Under the pieces are notes generated by a model. The model made no database searches and was not told the origin of the DNA. It saw only the letters and a program-made list of their open reading frames with translations. Source: Bugula neritina (lineage: Eukaryota > Animalia > Bryozoa). Taken from it: a stretch of 64,000 nucleotides of DNA. Location of the stretch: NCBI GenBank assembly GCA_964035545.1, contig OZ037765.1, positions 31,433,504 to 31,497,503 of the forward strand, in the 5' to 3' direction. Shown piece by piece: positions 40,701 through 50,493 of the stretch; the first letter of the stretch is position 1; each line of letters begins with the position of its first letter. The translations under genes and the position numbers were made by a program.

Positions 40701-43700
40701 GCACTTCTAGTTTTCCTTTCATCAAACTGTTTTCCACTTCCCAGATACTAAACCTACTCATGTGTCCCAATGTGTGAGAACCTCATTCTTAGAATTGTGG
40801 GAAGGGGGTGAGGAGCTCAACCTCAAATTGTGGGGGAGAGCTTAGTCTTAGTACTGTTTTTGGGCAGGGGGTTTGAGGACCTTAGTATAGTACCTGGTAG
40901 GCCATAGCCATGTATGACCTTGTAGCCCTTGTCTGGTCTGGTAGTTCAACTTTTCAGTTAGTTGGTGGAAAGCAAAGGAATTGCGAGTTATTAATCACCT
41001 TTTGATATCCTGCCAGTAAGCTATATTATGTAAATTTATACATCTTACTAACACAGATATCCTACTCGTTATAGAATGCTGTGTTAGTAGTCTGTGTACC
41101 AAGTATATACTTATCCTGTATACTCACTTAGGGCAACAGCCCTCAAGCTATGGTGTATGTCTAACTTCAGTGGTTAATTAATGGAGAAAATATTTCACAT
41201 ATTTGATATTCAAATGGTATTCTAGCCATTAGTCATGGTGCTATTAAATGTCACAAGTTGATATATTATGTACATATTATGTAATTGTGTTCTGGGTTCA
41301 AGTTACAGTCCCTTATGTTTTGCATTATAAATCAAGCCAGGGTTGATGAGACATGTAGATTTTTTAGTCAAGATAATGGCTGTGTCTTTTAGACAGTTAT
41401 GTGAAATTGAATTGTTAAATTGCCAATAATGAGCAATTCAATGTTAAACAGCACTGTAAACAAATAAAGACTTCTTAAGCAAATTCTGTATATACCGTTG
41501 CCAAAGTTATAAGGCTTTAGCTATCCTTTTAAAGTATATTTTCACCATTCAGTTTATTTCACTGTTTTGACCATATTACAATATTTCCTTCTAGTGTTTT
41601 TGTGCCTCAAAAATGTGCTGTATTTTAATTGTGCAAGGCTGCTATTGCTATAAGGAGTTATATCCCCTTCATATTTCAGCAATTTATTATGCCAGATCTA
41701 AAAACCACGTTATAGAAGCTTGTCAGTGAATAGAGATTTTATATTTTGTTAAAAGAATGAGAGAAACCAAGTTTGCAGTGTACTGCACTTCCATACCATG
41801 TGGTATCTGTGCAGTAAATGTTACAGGCAGTACTGGAGGAGGCTGAGATGATAAGCTCTCAATACAGCAGGACGGTTGTTGACTCAAGAGATGGTCTACT
41901 CACTACCATAGATAAGATAACCGGTGAGTTGCTAGAGATATATAGTAATATATAACTCAGTATAGTAATATAAAACTCAGTGTAGTAATATATAACTCAG
42001 TATAGTAATATATAACTCAGTATAGTAATATATAACTCAATGTAGTAATATATAACTCAGTATAGTAATATATAACTCAGTATAGTAATATATAACTCAG
42101 TATAGTAATATATAACTCAGTATAGTAATATATAACTCAGTATAGTAATATATAACTCAGTATAGTAATATATAGCTCAGTGTAGTAATATATAACTCAG
42201 TATAGTAATATATAACTCAGTTATAGCAAATTTGAATTAAAATGCTAGAATGTTTGTGACACTTTGATTCAAAATGCAAAAACAATTCTGCAGTTCCAGT
42301 TGAGTAATTAGAGCAGAGAGAGCATTTCCATTCAGTACCTAACTTGCTGGTGGGTTAGCTTGTGACAGCCGTCCTGCTGGCTGCAGTTAGTGTAGGAATC
42401 ATGGCTATATAATCAACTCATTATGTAATATGTTTCAGTCATGTGACCCACCGTATATTTGGTGCGCATTAGACTGAGAATGTTAGAGTTGTCTTTCCTT
42501 GAAAACTATGCCCTCGGTTGTTTAAATCATACACACAGCTTCATAGACCTGTGAAATCCTGGATGTATATAATTGGCCCCTCAGATGCGCTCATTTCTTG
42601 TATAACTTTTTGGTGGTTACTCACATAATAGAGGATTTAAATTCCATAGTCTGTGTTAGAATGTAGATGTGTAAATGACCCTGCTCAAGGTTGTTTCTAT
42701 GACAACCTTGTCACATTTATAGTCACTTGACATCTTATCATCACTACAGATGTGTTTTCCATTAGCTTATGAAACCTCATTCTAACTTTAGCATACACAG
42801 CGTTATTTGTTACATGAAATAGTAAATGCAAAGTTAGAAATATATTTGGTATTAGAGTGTACATTACTGTTTTACATATAATTTGTGTATTCCACAGTTG
42901 GTTTAAGGTCATTACTTTCCAGATTCAGGCACTGCTTTATGTTATATATAAACGGTTTCCAGGGGATAGCTCGAACAGTTTTTGTCTCACATTAACAAAT
43001 TTTACATGAAAAGATAGCTCTTGCATTCCTCTTTCATATACTTTTTTAATTTTTCAATAAAAATTTTTTTGAGAAAGTTGTTGCATAATAAGTAAAATTT
43101 TACACCCTCCATGTTCCACTGCTGTAGCACAGGGGATTCATTTTATAAAGTATAAAAGTTAAACTTGACATTCCTTGATATGTTTTCTCTAATATACTTT
43201 CTTTGTTTTTTGAAATTCTGTTTATGCTCTTCACAATTTGGTAAAAACATACACCATTTTGCAAGTTTCACTGCAATTTTCTAAATTCTTCATATGGTGG
43301 TTCTAGCTACGCTCCTGTGACTAATTATAACATTCCTAGTACGTTTGCCGCTCTGCGCTATCACAATAACATATAGTACCCTCTCGCACAAATTGGCAGT
43401 CTATTGGATTTCTGCCAATATAATGTTCCCTGTTTTACATTAGCACTTAGCTGAATCATCTCACTATGTTACAATAATATATTGAAAATGCCTCAGCACA
43501 ACATAATTCTTTGTTTGTTTGGCAGTTAATTTCAGCTAAATCACTTCACTTTGCAGTCTTGTCAGTAAAGGTCTGTCTATAGAGCAGCAGGTGTACTTTC
43601 AGTTTCTCTAATTCACATATGATTATTTTAAGTACATTGTATTCTATAAGATCAATTTAAGGTTTAGTCCAGTGTTCAGTATCTAATTATTATGCATGTA

Positions 43701-46700
43701 TGTTGTCTTACTGTTGAACAAAAGTTAAAAAAAAACTTTACAATTATAGCCATATTTATTATACATGCGTAGGATTTGCATAAGTTGACAAAAAAATTGT
43801 GACAAAACAGGGTTGAACCATAACCAACTGACTCCTCGCTGACGCCTCTAACCTCTAGACCACGCAGTCATCGTTAATAAGACGCGCACTATATGAGTAA
43901 CTATCATTACATAAATATTTCGCGCGCAAAAGGGTTATAATTATTAGGCTGTCAATTCATGTTGATAGCAGTCAACTGTTGCAATAGTCTTGGGTTACTA
44001 GCAAAGCTAATGGTTTTGAACAAATAACCCAAAAGTTTAAAAATAAGTAGCTTGCGTATTACTAGCTACAAAAACAGGTCTGAAATAGACTGGTAAAGCA
44101 AGCTCTTATTGTAGAGTTTGCAGATGTGCTCTAAAATAAAACTTAAACTGTATGGTATTACATAAGTATTTGTATGCGAGAGATAAATGGACATTACTGA
44201 GTTTCTGGAAAACAACATACTTGAAGTTAACTTTGACAATGGTGTGTTATTTTCATCATACACTAGCACAGATAGGGCCTATAGCATAAATCTCTAATCA
44301 TATGAATCTTTATGAAGCCCACAGCTCATGTAAGGGTGGCAAATGTAATTTGAAACTAAAAATTATGTTGCTGCATTTTGTCTAAGGTATATTAGAGAGC
44401 AGAATTTGGTTTTACTAGCCTGCCCCAACGGCATTCTACAATGCAGCTTATATGCTGGCAGTTGTAATAAGTACTGCCAATAGCAAGGTTACTATCACTG
44501 CTAGCTCTGTGCAGTATGTAACCTCTTGAATAATTGCGCCAATTTTAAACTCTTGGAAGTTGGCCAAGTTATCATATCGCAGCCAGCCACCGGAGACAAA
44601 GCATCAGAGCTATTCATATAATATTATACTGATGCACTTGGTAGCAGAGTGGCTAATCTAATATAGTTCATAGTTCAACACCCTTTACTTTGGGAATACA
44701 GCCTCTTTTTTTAGGTTTACCTAACAAAGCATGAAAATATCTAAACTGATATTCTGATAATTTAGAGGTACATTTTGAAAACTAGGTTAATTGCATTTGT
44801 TTGCACAACAACAATAATAAAATAGATATTATGCAATATAATAAAAACACACATAATACTATATAATATATTATAATGATAATAATAGAGTATTATAAGT
44901 ACCATTACTGCATTTTATAAATCACATGGTTGCCAAAAAAATGTATCACAAATTTTGTAATTATACATCAAAAATAGAACTAGCTAGGCAGCGGGTTAGA
45001 ATAAAGTAAATTTTTAAAACATGAAATCATGATTTGACTATTGTTTTATTTAGGCCAACCAACCTAGGAATACAAGATTGGGTTTTAGCTGACAGTTTAT
45101 AACATTTAGCTTTTGAGCCAGCAGCACTGGCACTTGTGAAGTATAGGCAAAGTTAGTGAAGCGAGACTAACAAGCACTCAAATACAAGGCATATTGAGAC
45201 ACAATAACAAGTCAGGAGCGTATAAATTGAAAAGAATGTGGAAGGGGGACTATGTTTTTCAACAAGCTATAACTTAAACATGAATTGGCTTTTGAAAAAA
45301 ATAAAAAAGTATATTGGAGAACATAAGTTTCTTTATCTTTTCATATTTTTTTTGTTCCTGTGACATTCAACCTGTTCGAGCTATCAGTGGAACATTGTTC
45401 ATATAGAACATAAAGCACCTGGCAAAGAGCCAGAAAATGAAAAGTATGACCTTAAACCAACTGTGTCTACAGTTTACATTGAATTTAAGAGTTTTTTCAT
45501 ATCAAGTCAGAAAAGTTACCACTCAACTCTACAGACTCTACAAACTCTACAAATACTTTGGTTGTACGTTTCTTTCCATAAAGCTAAACTAACACTTACC
45601 CAATATATTTCAGAGTGTGGTTGGCTATTAAATAGCTATGGAAACATGCTAATGGCAAATTCAAATAGTAAATTCCATACGGCAGTGTCACTCACAACAT
45701 TGCTGTAGCTTGCCAATTATTCAGCCTGTATATTCTCTCCACTAGTTCACAGCACCTGGGTCCAGTGTACACAGGTACATTGCCACATGCACCTCTCACC
45801 TGTGTACAACTGGATAAGTTTAGCATCCAGTTAGAGCAGCTAACTCTCAGCTATAAAATGTCTTTACTGCTTGCAGCCATGACACAAGATATTTTGGTGT
45901 TGGCTAAACGCCAAACCACTCTAACCTCATCAAATCCATTGTTTTGGTAAGAAATTCTGGAATTTTGTCCCTACACAAACTGCAACTGGGTTTGAGTTGG
46001 AAATACTAGAGCGTGAGCTACATCATGTCACTACAGAGTGACGTATCACATTTGCTGTAAGAAAAAGTTTTGTGGATGAGTTACTGAAAAGAGTAGAATA
46101 GTAACTTTTAACTATTATTTTTATACCAGATATCTGAGGTTTTGCATGACATAGACAAAGTCCACAATCTCCAGGTTGGGCCAGAGGCCCATCAGTGTAG
46201 TTTACTATACCATACCAGATTTTTTATTGATGTTAAGAAACAGTTGCATTGAGTGAAACCACAACCATCAGTTCATGAAAACAGCAACCACAAATTCATT
46301 CTACGAGCATTCATTAGCATAATTCAAAGCAATGGAAATGCAGGGATAAACTGTCAGAAACCTGTCCGATTCTGTAATAGCAGGACTGGTTCCTTCGTGT
46401 GAATAGACCGTTGGTGGGTCATGCAATAGTCCTAAAAAATTATGTTAGCATGTGTATTCAATTTGGCTGCACTGAGATCCTATGTGACCATTTACCTGAC
46501 AACTCATCTATTCGCTGCATTCAGATTTCTCTGGTGTTAATATTTATTATTTAATATATAATTAGTTGATTGTTTTATTTGCAAGTTAAAGTAAAGTTGG
46601 AGTTATCTCACAGCTCTAATAGTTTGCATATAATCAATATTCTACTCTGCACTCTCTAGATGAAAAAGATGACAAAGAGAAACTGGGCAAAGTGTTCACT

Positions 46701-49700
46701 TCATACAAAGAGGTCATTGGTAATGTGAACAATCTCCTCAGTCTACACAAAGAGAAGACAACTTCTAATACACTGGCTGAGCATCAACTTAGTGATATGT
46801 AAGTGTTGTCATTTCTTTCTCTTACCCACATAATATATCCTTTACCCTCATGTACCCTCTACCCTCATGTATCCTCTACTCTCATGTATCCTCTACCCTC
46901 ATGTACCCTCTATCTAAATCCTCCGTTTTTTATGTACTGCTATCTCATACTGTTTGTTGAGTTGCCAGCTGCATTTCTCGTTATTCAAATCAGTGGTTTT
47001 CTAGTTCAGCTGTCAGAATTTGTAATCTGCGGAATTGGATGAACTCTATTTGAATATGGTGTCTTGATTTTGCAGTTTTTGTTCTAAACTAGGGATTCAG
47101 TATCCTAAGATTTAGTAGCATGTTTCTATGTACTGTAAGATGTTCACAGGAAACATTTCTATGTACTGTAAGATGTTCACAGGAAACAGTTGAGAGATGA
47201 CTGTTTGGAGGAACTCCTGCTGACTTCTAGTGACAACGTGTCGCTGCTGCCGGCTGACATCACCAAAGGTGCAGCAGAATTGAAAGTACAGCTGAGGATA
47301 GTGGAGTCCAGCATCAAAACTATCATGTCTATCATCAGTCAGAAGAAGAAGGTGTGTGAATACAGAGTACAGAGTAGTAGAGTACAGAATAGTAGAGTAC
47401 AGAGTAGTAGGGTACAGAGTAGTAGAGTACAGAGTAGTAGAGTACAGAGTAGTAGAGTACAGAGTGGTAGAGTACAGAGTAGTAGAGTACAGAGTAGTAA
47501 GGTACAGAGTAGTAGAGTACAGAGTAGTAGAGTACAGAGTAGTAGAGTAAAAGAGTAGTAGAGTACAGAGTAGTAGAGTACAGAGTAGTAGAGTAGAGAG
47601 TAGTAGAGTACAGAGTAGTAGAGTACAGAGTAGTAGAGTACAGAGTAGTAGAGTAGAGAGTAGTAGAGTACAGAGTAGTAGAGTACAGAGTAGTAGAGTA
47701 CAGAGTAGTAGAGTAGAGAGTAGTAGAGTACAGAGTAGTAGTAGAGTGCAGAGTATAGAGTAGTAGAGTAGAGTAGTAGAGTACAGAGTAGTAGAGTACA
47801 GGGTAGTAGAGTACATAGTAGTAGAGTACAGAGTAGTAGAGTACAGAGTAGTAGAGTAGAGAGTAGTAGAGTAGAGAGTAGTAGAGTAGAGAGTAGTAGA
47901 GTACAGAGTGGTAGAGTACAGGGTAGTAGAGTAGAGAGTAGTAGAGTACAGAGTAGTAGAGTACAGAGTAGTAGAGTACAGAGTAGTAGAGTACATAGTA
48001 GTAGAGTACAGAATAGTAGAGTACAGAGTAGTAGAGTATAGAGTAGTAGAGTACAGAGTAGTAGAGTAGAGAGTAGTAGAGTACAGAGTGGTAGAGTACA
48101 GAGTGGTAGAGTACAGAGTAGTAGAGTACAGAGTAGTAGAGTGCAGAGTAGTAGAGTACAGAGTAGTAGAGTACATAGTAGTAGAGTACAGAGTAGTAGA
48201 GTACAGAACAGTAGATATATTGAATATATGTTGGCAGGTAAAAGCCTATTCTAGTTGATGTTGACTAACACAAATAAATAACATGGAATACCATTTCCAT
48301 TTGTATACATGAAATTAATTACAGTGTCTAACAGTTGGGTGTTTGTGATATGATTGATTATATACATAGGTTCACACACTGCATACACTGTGTATGATGC
48401 AGAGCTGTATCGGGTCATGGGGAACATACTTCATAGGTCTGATGTTTATACATGCCTTGGACTAACACAGATAAGCTTCATATCAAAGGCTCTATAATTG
48501 GTGTTGCTACATGATCAAAATTTAATTATACTCAGTCTACTGCATCTAGTAGATTCTAGACTTTGATCATGGACTCTTCTCTATGCAATGCTGACTGAAT
48601 GGTTTCAATTTGGCAGCAATTTGATCGTGTGATTTTCACTCTGTTGTGAAAAACGAAACATTTTCTTATGATTTCACCCTGAAAGTGAGATATAAGAAGA
48701 TTTTTCCTTCTCACCTTTGACTTTATGTAATCAAATCCAAGAAGATCTACTCTCTAAACTCACAATGCTTATAAGAATATAACTATAATTTGTGCACATG
48801 TTCACTTTCTTGGCTTGAAAAGTCTGTGAAGTTCTCCACCATAATGCAATTTCATCTGCATGAATTAGATTAAATTTCAAACATGGAAGCCAATTATTAA
48901 TCTTATCGACAAGCACTGTAAGAGTAGTAAGTGAAACCTTCTGGATTATTCTTCATTGTCAAATTAGTAGGGAAATAACACAATGGTAGCTCATTACACT
49001 TCAACATAAGTCACTATTTCTATTCCATGCAGACGATGCTAGTTGCAATTGTCAGTTGGACCAGCAAATTTCAAGTTTCACTATACAAGGTTCAAATTTA
49101 AAGTTATTTATATACAAGTTTGTAATTTTCCGCTCAACTTAGCTGGTATAATGGCTCTGCATATTATGAAAATATAAACTGGCTTGTAGCTATGTATCCC
49201 ATTGTCTTGTAAGCAATAGATAGTAGGTGATGCTAGTGATGCTAGTGATGCTAGTGATGTTAGTCGGCCTCATTCTGAAAATTATTCATACAATGTTTTC
49301 TAATAAATCTCGTTACTAATGCCATGTGTGACAGATGTACCTTCATTAGTATGCATGTATTCACCTAGCTCATCTACATTCATCACATACCAAAATCATT
49401 TCACAGAATATTATAATCTCCGGAACTCTGCAGTATTTTTACACTAAGATATGCACCATTCAAACCCTAATCCCGCCTCATGTGAATCAGCTTTGCTTAG
49501 TCTGTCTGTGCCCTTTTTATTTATTTTTAGATTGAAAGCTATAAACACTCGAATTGAATTGACCACAAACCCTTTCTAGTTTATATTTACAGTATTCATA
49601 GTGTGTGTGAAGTAGACTTTAGTCCACTATCTTTAGACTTGGTGTTACACTGCAGTTATCATGGGGTTGGTGACAAGAGCAAATGTCCACTTTGTTTACT

Positions 49701-49752
49701 CTGGTGTCTTGTAATTGTTCTGTGTATGTTTTAGCTGCTATCACAGAGATAA
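13714..49752 (+). CDS. HAUS3: HAUS augmin-like complex subunit 3. Exons: 13714-13904, 15340-15528, 15790-15901, 16154-16330, 16871-17013, 18007-18138, 36735-36918, 38786-38938, 41827-41923, 46660-46798, 47183-47351, probable last exon 49735-49752
   Basis: Segments EWLW...NNVNRSNLVT, EELYTASLAEFTDKRFFEGVSDI, YQLVDIS, EMKRLRQ, ILTGDYNLKLARQQYF, QRARNEMLTL and RTVVDSRD parallel HAUS3 in order. GT-AG sites and phases are consistent. The last exon is least certain. Confidence 0.88.
17334..17891. mobile_element. Non-autonomous TIR element (MITE)
   Basis: Inverted termini TCACCGGCTTTCCATGGATC / GATCTATGGAAAGCCGGTGA. The same terminus recurs at ~32564-32587. No clear TSD. Confidence 0.65.
19379..20143 (-). 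CDS. Secreted six-Cys WAP-like peptide precursor, copy A (exons 20143-20086, 19840-19711, 19397-19379): MKLLVILFLGIVALLQVVRG-QYCPHDFINEGLQGCATDSDCPPKQLCCNYFSTNGLYCVASLPYPTKG
   Basis: Hydrophobic signal-peptide exon, GT-AG introns in phases 1 and 2, and coding exon sizes (58/130/19 nt) identical in all three paralogs. An upstream TATA/Inr and a downstream AATAAA are present. Confidence 0.88.
20180..20212 (-). promoter_or_regulatory. Core promoter of peptide gene A: TATAAAA plus initiator-like TCATT
   Basis: TATAAAA lies at 20212-20206 and the A of TCATT at 20182, 30 nt downstream. The same TATA is at 31365-31359 (copy B) and 36157-36151 (copy C). Confidence 0.7.
21145..22487. mobile_element. 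Non-autonomous Tc1/mariner-type TIR element, copy 1
   Basis: TIRs GGGGTAAG(G)n...GGGCACAACGG / CCGTTGTGCCC(C)n...TTACCCC with a TA target duplication. A paralogous empty site GTAGCAGAG-TA-TAGGAGATAC is at ~31971-31991. Confidence 0.85.
25904..26400 (+). pseudogene. Kolobok transposase fragments
   Basis: Exon-like pieces with in-frame stops: ITYVGVLPILQLSLHSRHKCS*TTS... and CSEVEGSNSREKP*TR. The second resembles the EVxxSxxMEKEG motif I recall from Kolobok-type transposases. Confidence 0.45.
26680..28685 (-). pseudogene. KolX (P2X7 ballast/nanor-like Zn-binding domain) remnant; exon pieces ~28685-28626, 27240-27070, 26783-26680
   Basis: Translations EEWCK*KKFQAQKAKEQSECCQSCEE.../NDMTFVTYHPGV and SYRVLIFWLFPNLHRRQRKPPSACLYN*V match the WCxCxxC...CC...xTxHP and YRxxxxW...RxxLPxC pattern. 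They are disrupted by stops and a frameshift. Confidence 0.65.
29263..29678. repeat. ~19-20-bp minisatellite (GTAGCTACTGTAGTGTGGCT-like)
   Basis: Degenerate tandem units. A shorter paralogous array is at ~20770-20858. Confidence 0.85.
30302..31296 (-). CDS. Secreted six-Cys WAP-like peptide precursor, copy B (exons 31296-31239, 31040-30911, 30320-30302): MKLLVILFLGTVALLQVVRG-QYCPHAFSNKDLVECEKDSECYPKELCCNHLHTNNLYCVKSLPYPTRG
   Basis: Same exon structure and splice sites as copies A and C, with an intact frame. It is absent from the supplied ORF track. Confidence 0.88.
30514..30722 (-). mobile_element. tRNA-derived SINE (most complete copy) in intron 2 of peptide gene B
   Basis: The head GAGCAGCCGTGGTCTAGGGGTTAGAGC...GGGTTCGAACCC has A and B boxes, the body contains GTTAGGAAGAGCATCCAGTCATAA, and the element is flanked by duplicated TTGGTAAAA. 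It is absent from copies A and C. Related copies: ~31724-31860, 32606-33890 (interrupted), 59116-59224. Confidence 0.8.
32635..33733. mobile_element. PIF/Harbinger-like non-autonomous element inserted in a SINE copy
   Basis: TIRs AGCTRCATGTACACARGCC with 3-bp TTA TSDs (32632-32634, 33734-33736). The SINE head lies on the left and the SINE body on the right. Confidence 0.8.
34174..36088 (-). CDS. Secreted six-Cys WAP-like peptide precursor, copy C (exons 36088-36031, 35841-35712, 34192-34174): MKLLVILFLGIVALLQVVRG-QYCPHNFSNEGLVECEKDSKCDPKELCCNHLHTNKGYCVKSSPNQTKG
   Basis: Same exon structure, splice phases and Cys spacing as A and B. Intron 2 is enlarged by two MITEs. Confidence 0.88.
34459..34856. 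mobile_element. MITE with GG...CC termini and ~8-bp TSD (Merlin/hAT-like)
   Basis: Left end GGTGTCATCCCAGATAGACACTAT versus reverse-complemented right end GGTTTTATTCCAGATAGACGCTAT. Flanks are TTTATATT / TTTATATC. Confidence 0.65.
34874..35642. mobile_element. Kolobok-like non-autonomous element
   Basis: TIRs AGGATTGCTCWATCTT with TTAA TSDs. The empty site AAC-TTAA-TCACTCTATTTCCTAG is present in paralog B (~30839-30861). Confidence 0.85.
36978..37270. repeat. AT-rich 44-bp tandem repeat, degenerating to the right
   Basis: TGTTG anchors recur at 36989, 37033 and 37077 (period 44). Confidence 0.85.
37286..37463. repeat. ~180-bp near-perfect palindrome with hammerhead-like cores (Penelope pLTR-like)
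   Basis: Arms CGAGAAACATTGT...CATCTTCAGAATAACA / TGTTATTTTGAAGATG...ACAATGTTTCTCG. The minus strand reads CTGAAGA-T-GGGCAC-AGCG-GTGCCC-GAAA. Confidence 0.7.
41941..42220. repeat. 20-bp minisatellite (TATAGTAATATATAACTCAG) x14
   Basis: Near-perfect tandem copies immediately after the HAUS3 exon 9 donor. Confidence 0.95.
43801..43870 (-). mobile_element. Degenerate tRNA-related SINE head
   Basis: The minus strand reads TGACTGCGTGGTCTAGAGGTTAGAGGCG...GGTTCAACCC (A/B-box-like), with no complete cloverleaf. Confidence 0.4.
47358..48206. repeat. 15-bp minisatellite (GAGTACAGAGTAGTA)n
   Basis: About 850 bp of tandem units starting just after the HAUS3 exon 11 donor. Confidence 0.97.
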
Positions 49753-50493
49753 GGGACAGACTATCTGCAGCAGTCTAGGGAGTATTGGGATTAGTTGACT
49801 TCCATTTTGATGGTTACCAGTGCTAACAGAGATGTCATGTTTTTTCTATCCATGTCTTGGATTGTAGCTGATAACAGTTTATTGAGATAATGACTTTTTA
49901 TTATATTATATTATATTTATAATTTGAATAAATGATTACATTATTATATCGTAGAGGATATCTCATAGAACTTGCTTTGTACAATACAAGTAAAAATGGT
50001 ACAATACAGTATTATATTACAGGCAGTGAACATTCTAAAATAACTACAATATTACTAAATTTACAATTTAGCAAATAAATATCAACACCATTAGCCTATA
50101 GAATTAGCAAAGTTAATAATTTATACCTCAAAACTCTACTACTAGTCAGCAATTGTATAAATGTATTGAATCTGGTGAAATTAATAAAAAACCAAGCAAC
50201 TAGGAAGCTTGTGTTGGATTGGAGAAGTATAGCAGCATCATATGATGTGGTGGACTGAATGTAGAGCTATAACTCTGTATGGATGGAGGGAACCTGGTGG
50301 ATAGTCTCTAAGATCAACTGTAATTCTCCGTATGCACCTGGTCTGAGTCGGTTGTAACCTTCAAAACTGCAGCCCATTGGCACAGAGAAACCCAACGACG
50401 TGTACTACAGGTGGTTTTGTCATCCAAGAGAAATACCAACATCTAAATAGACCACCTATAGTTTCTATCCAACCACCTGTAGTTTCTGTCGTA

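Noticed and set aside
41941-42220. CRISPR-like array
   Set aside because: Head-to-tail repeats with no unique spacers, in a eukaryotic intron.
44380-46500. Higher-GC stretches with short ORFs in HAUS3 intron 9
   Set aside because: I could not identify motifs, termini or a spliced frame; left unassigned.
47112-48176. 354-aa ORF of YSTTL repeats, and overlapping plus-strand VQSSR/EYRVV ORFs
   Set aside because: These are translations of the 15-bp intronic minisatellite. Only 47183-47351 is a real (HAUS3) exon.
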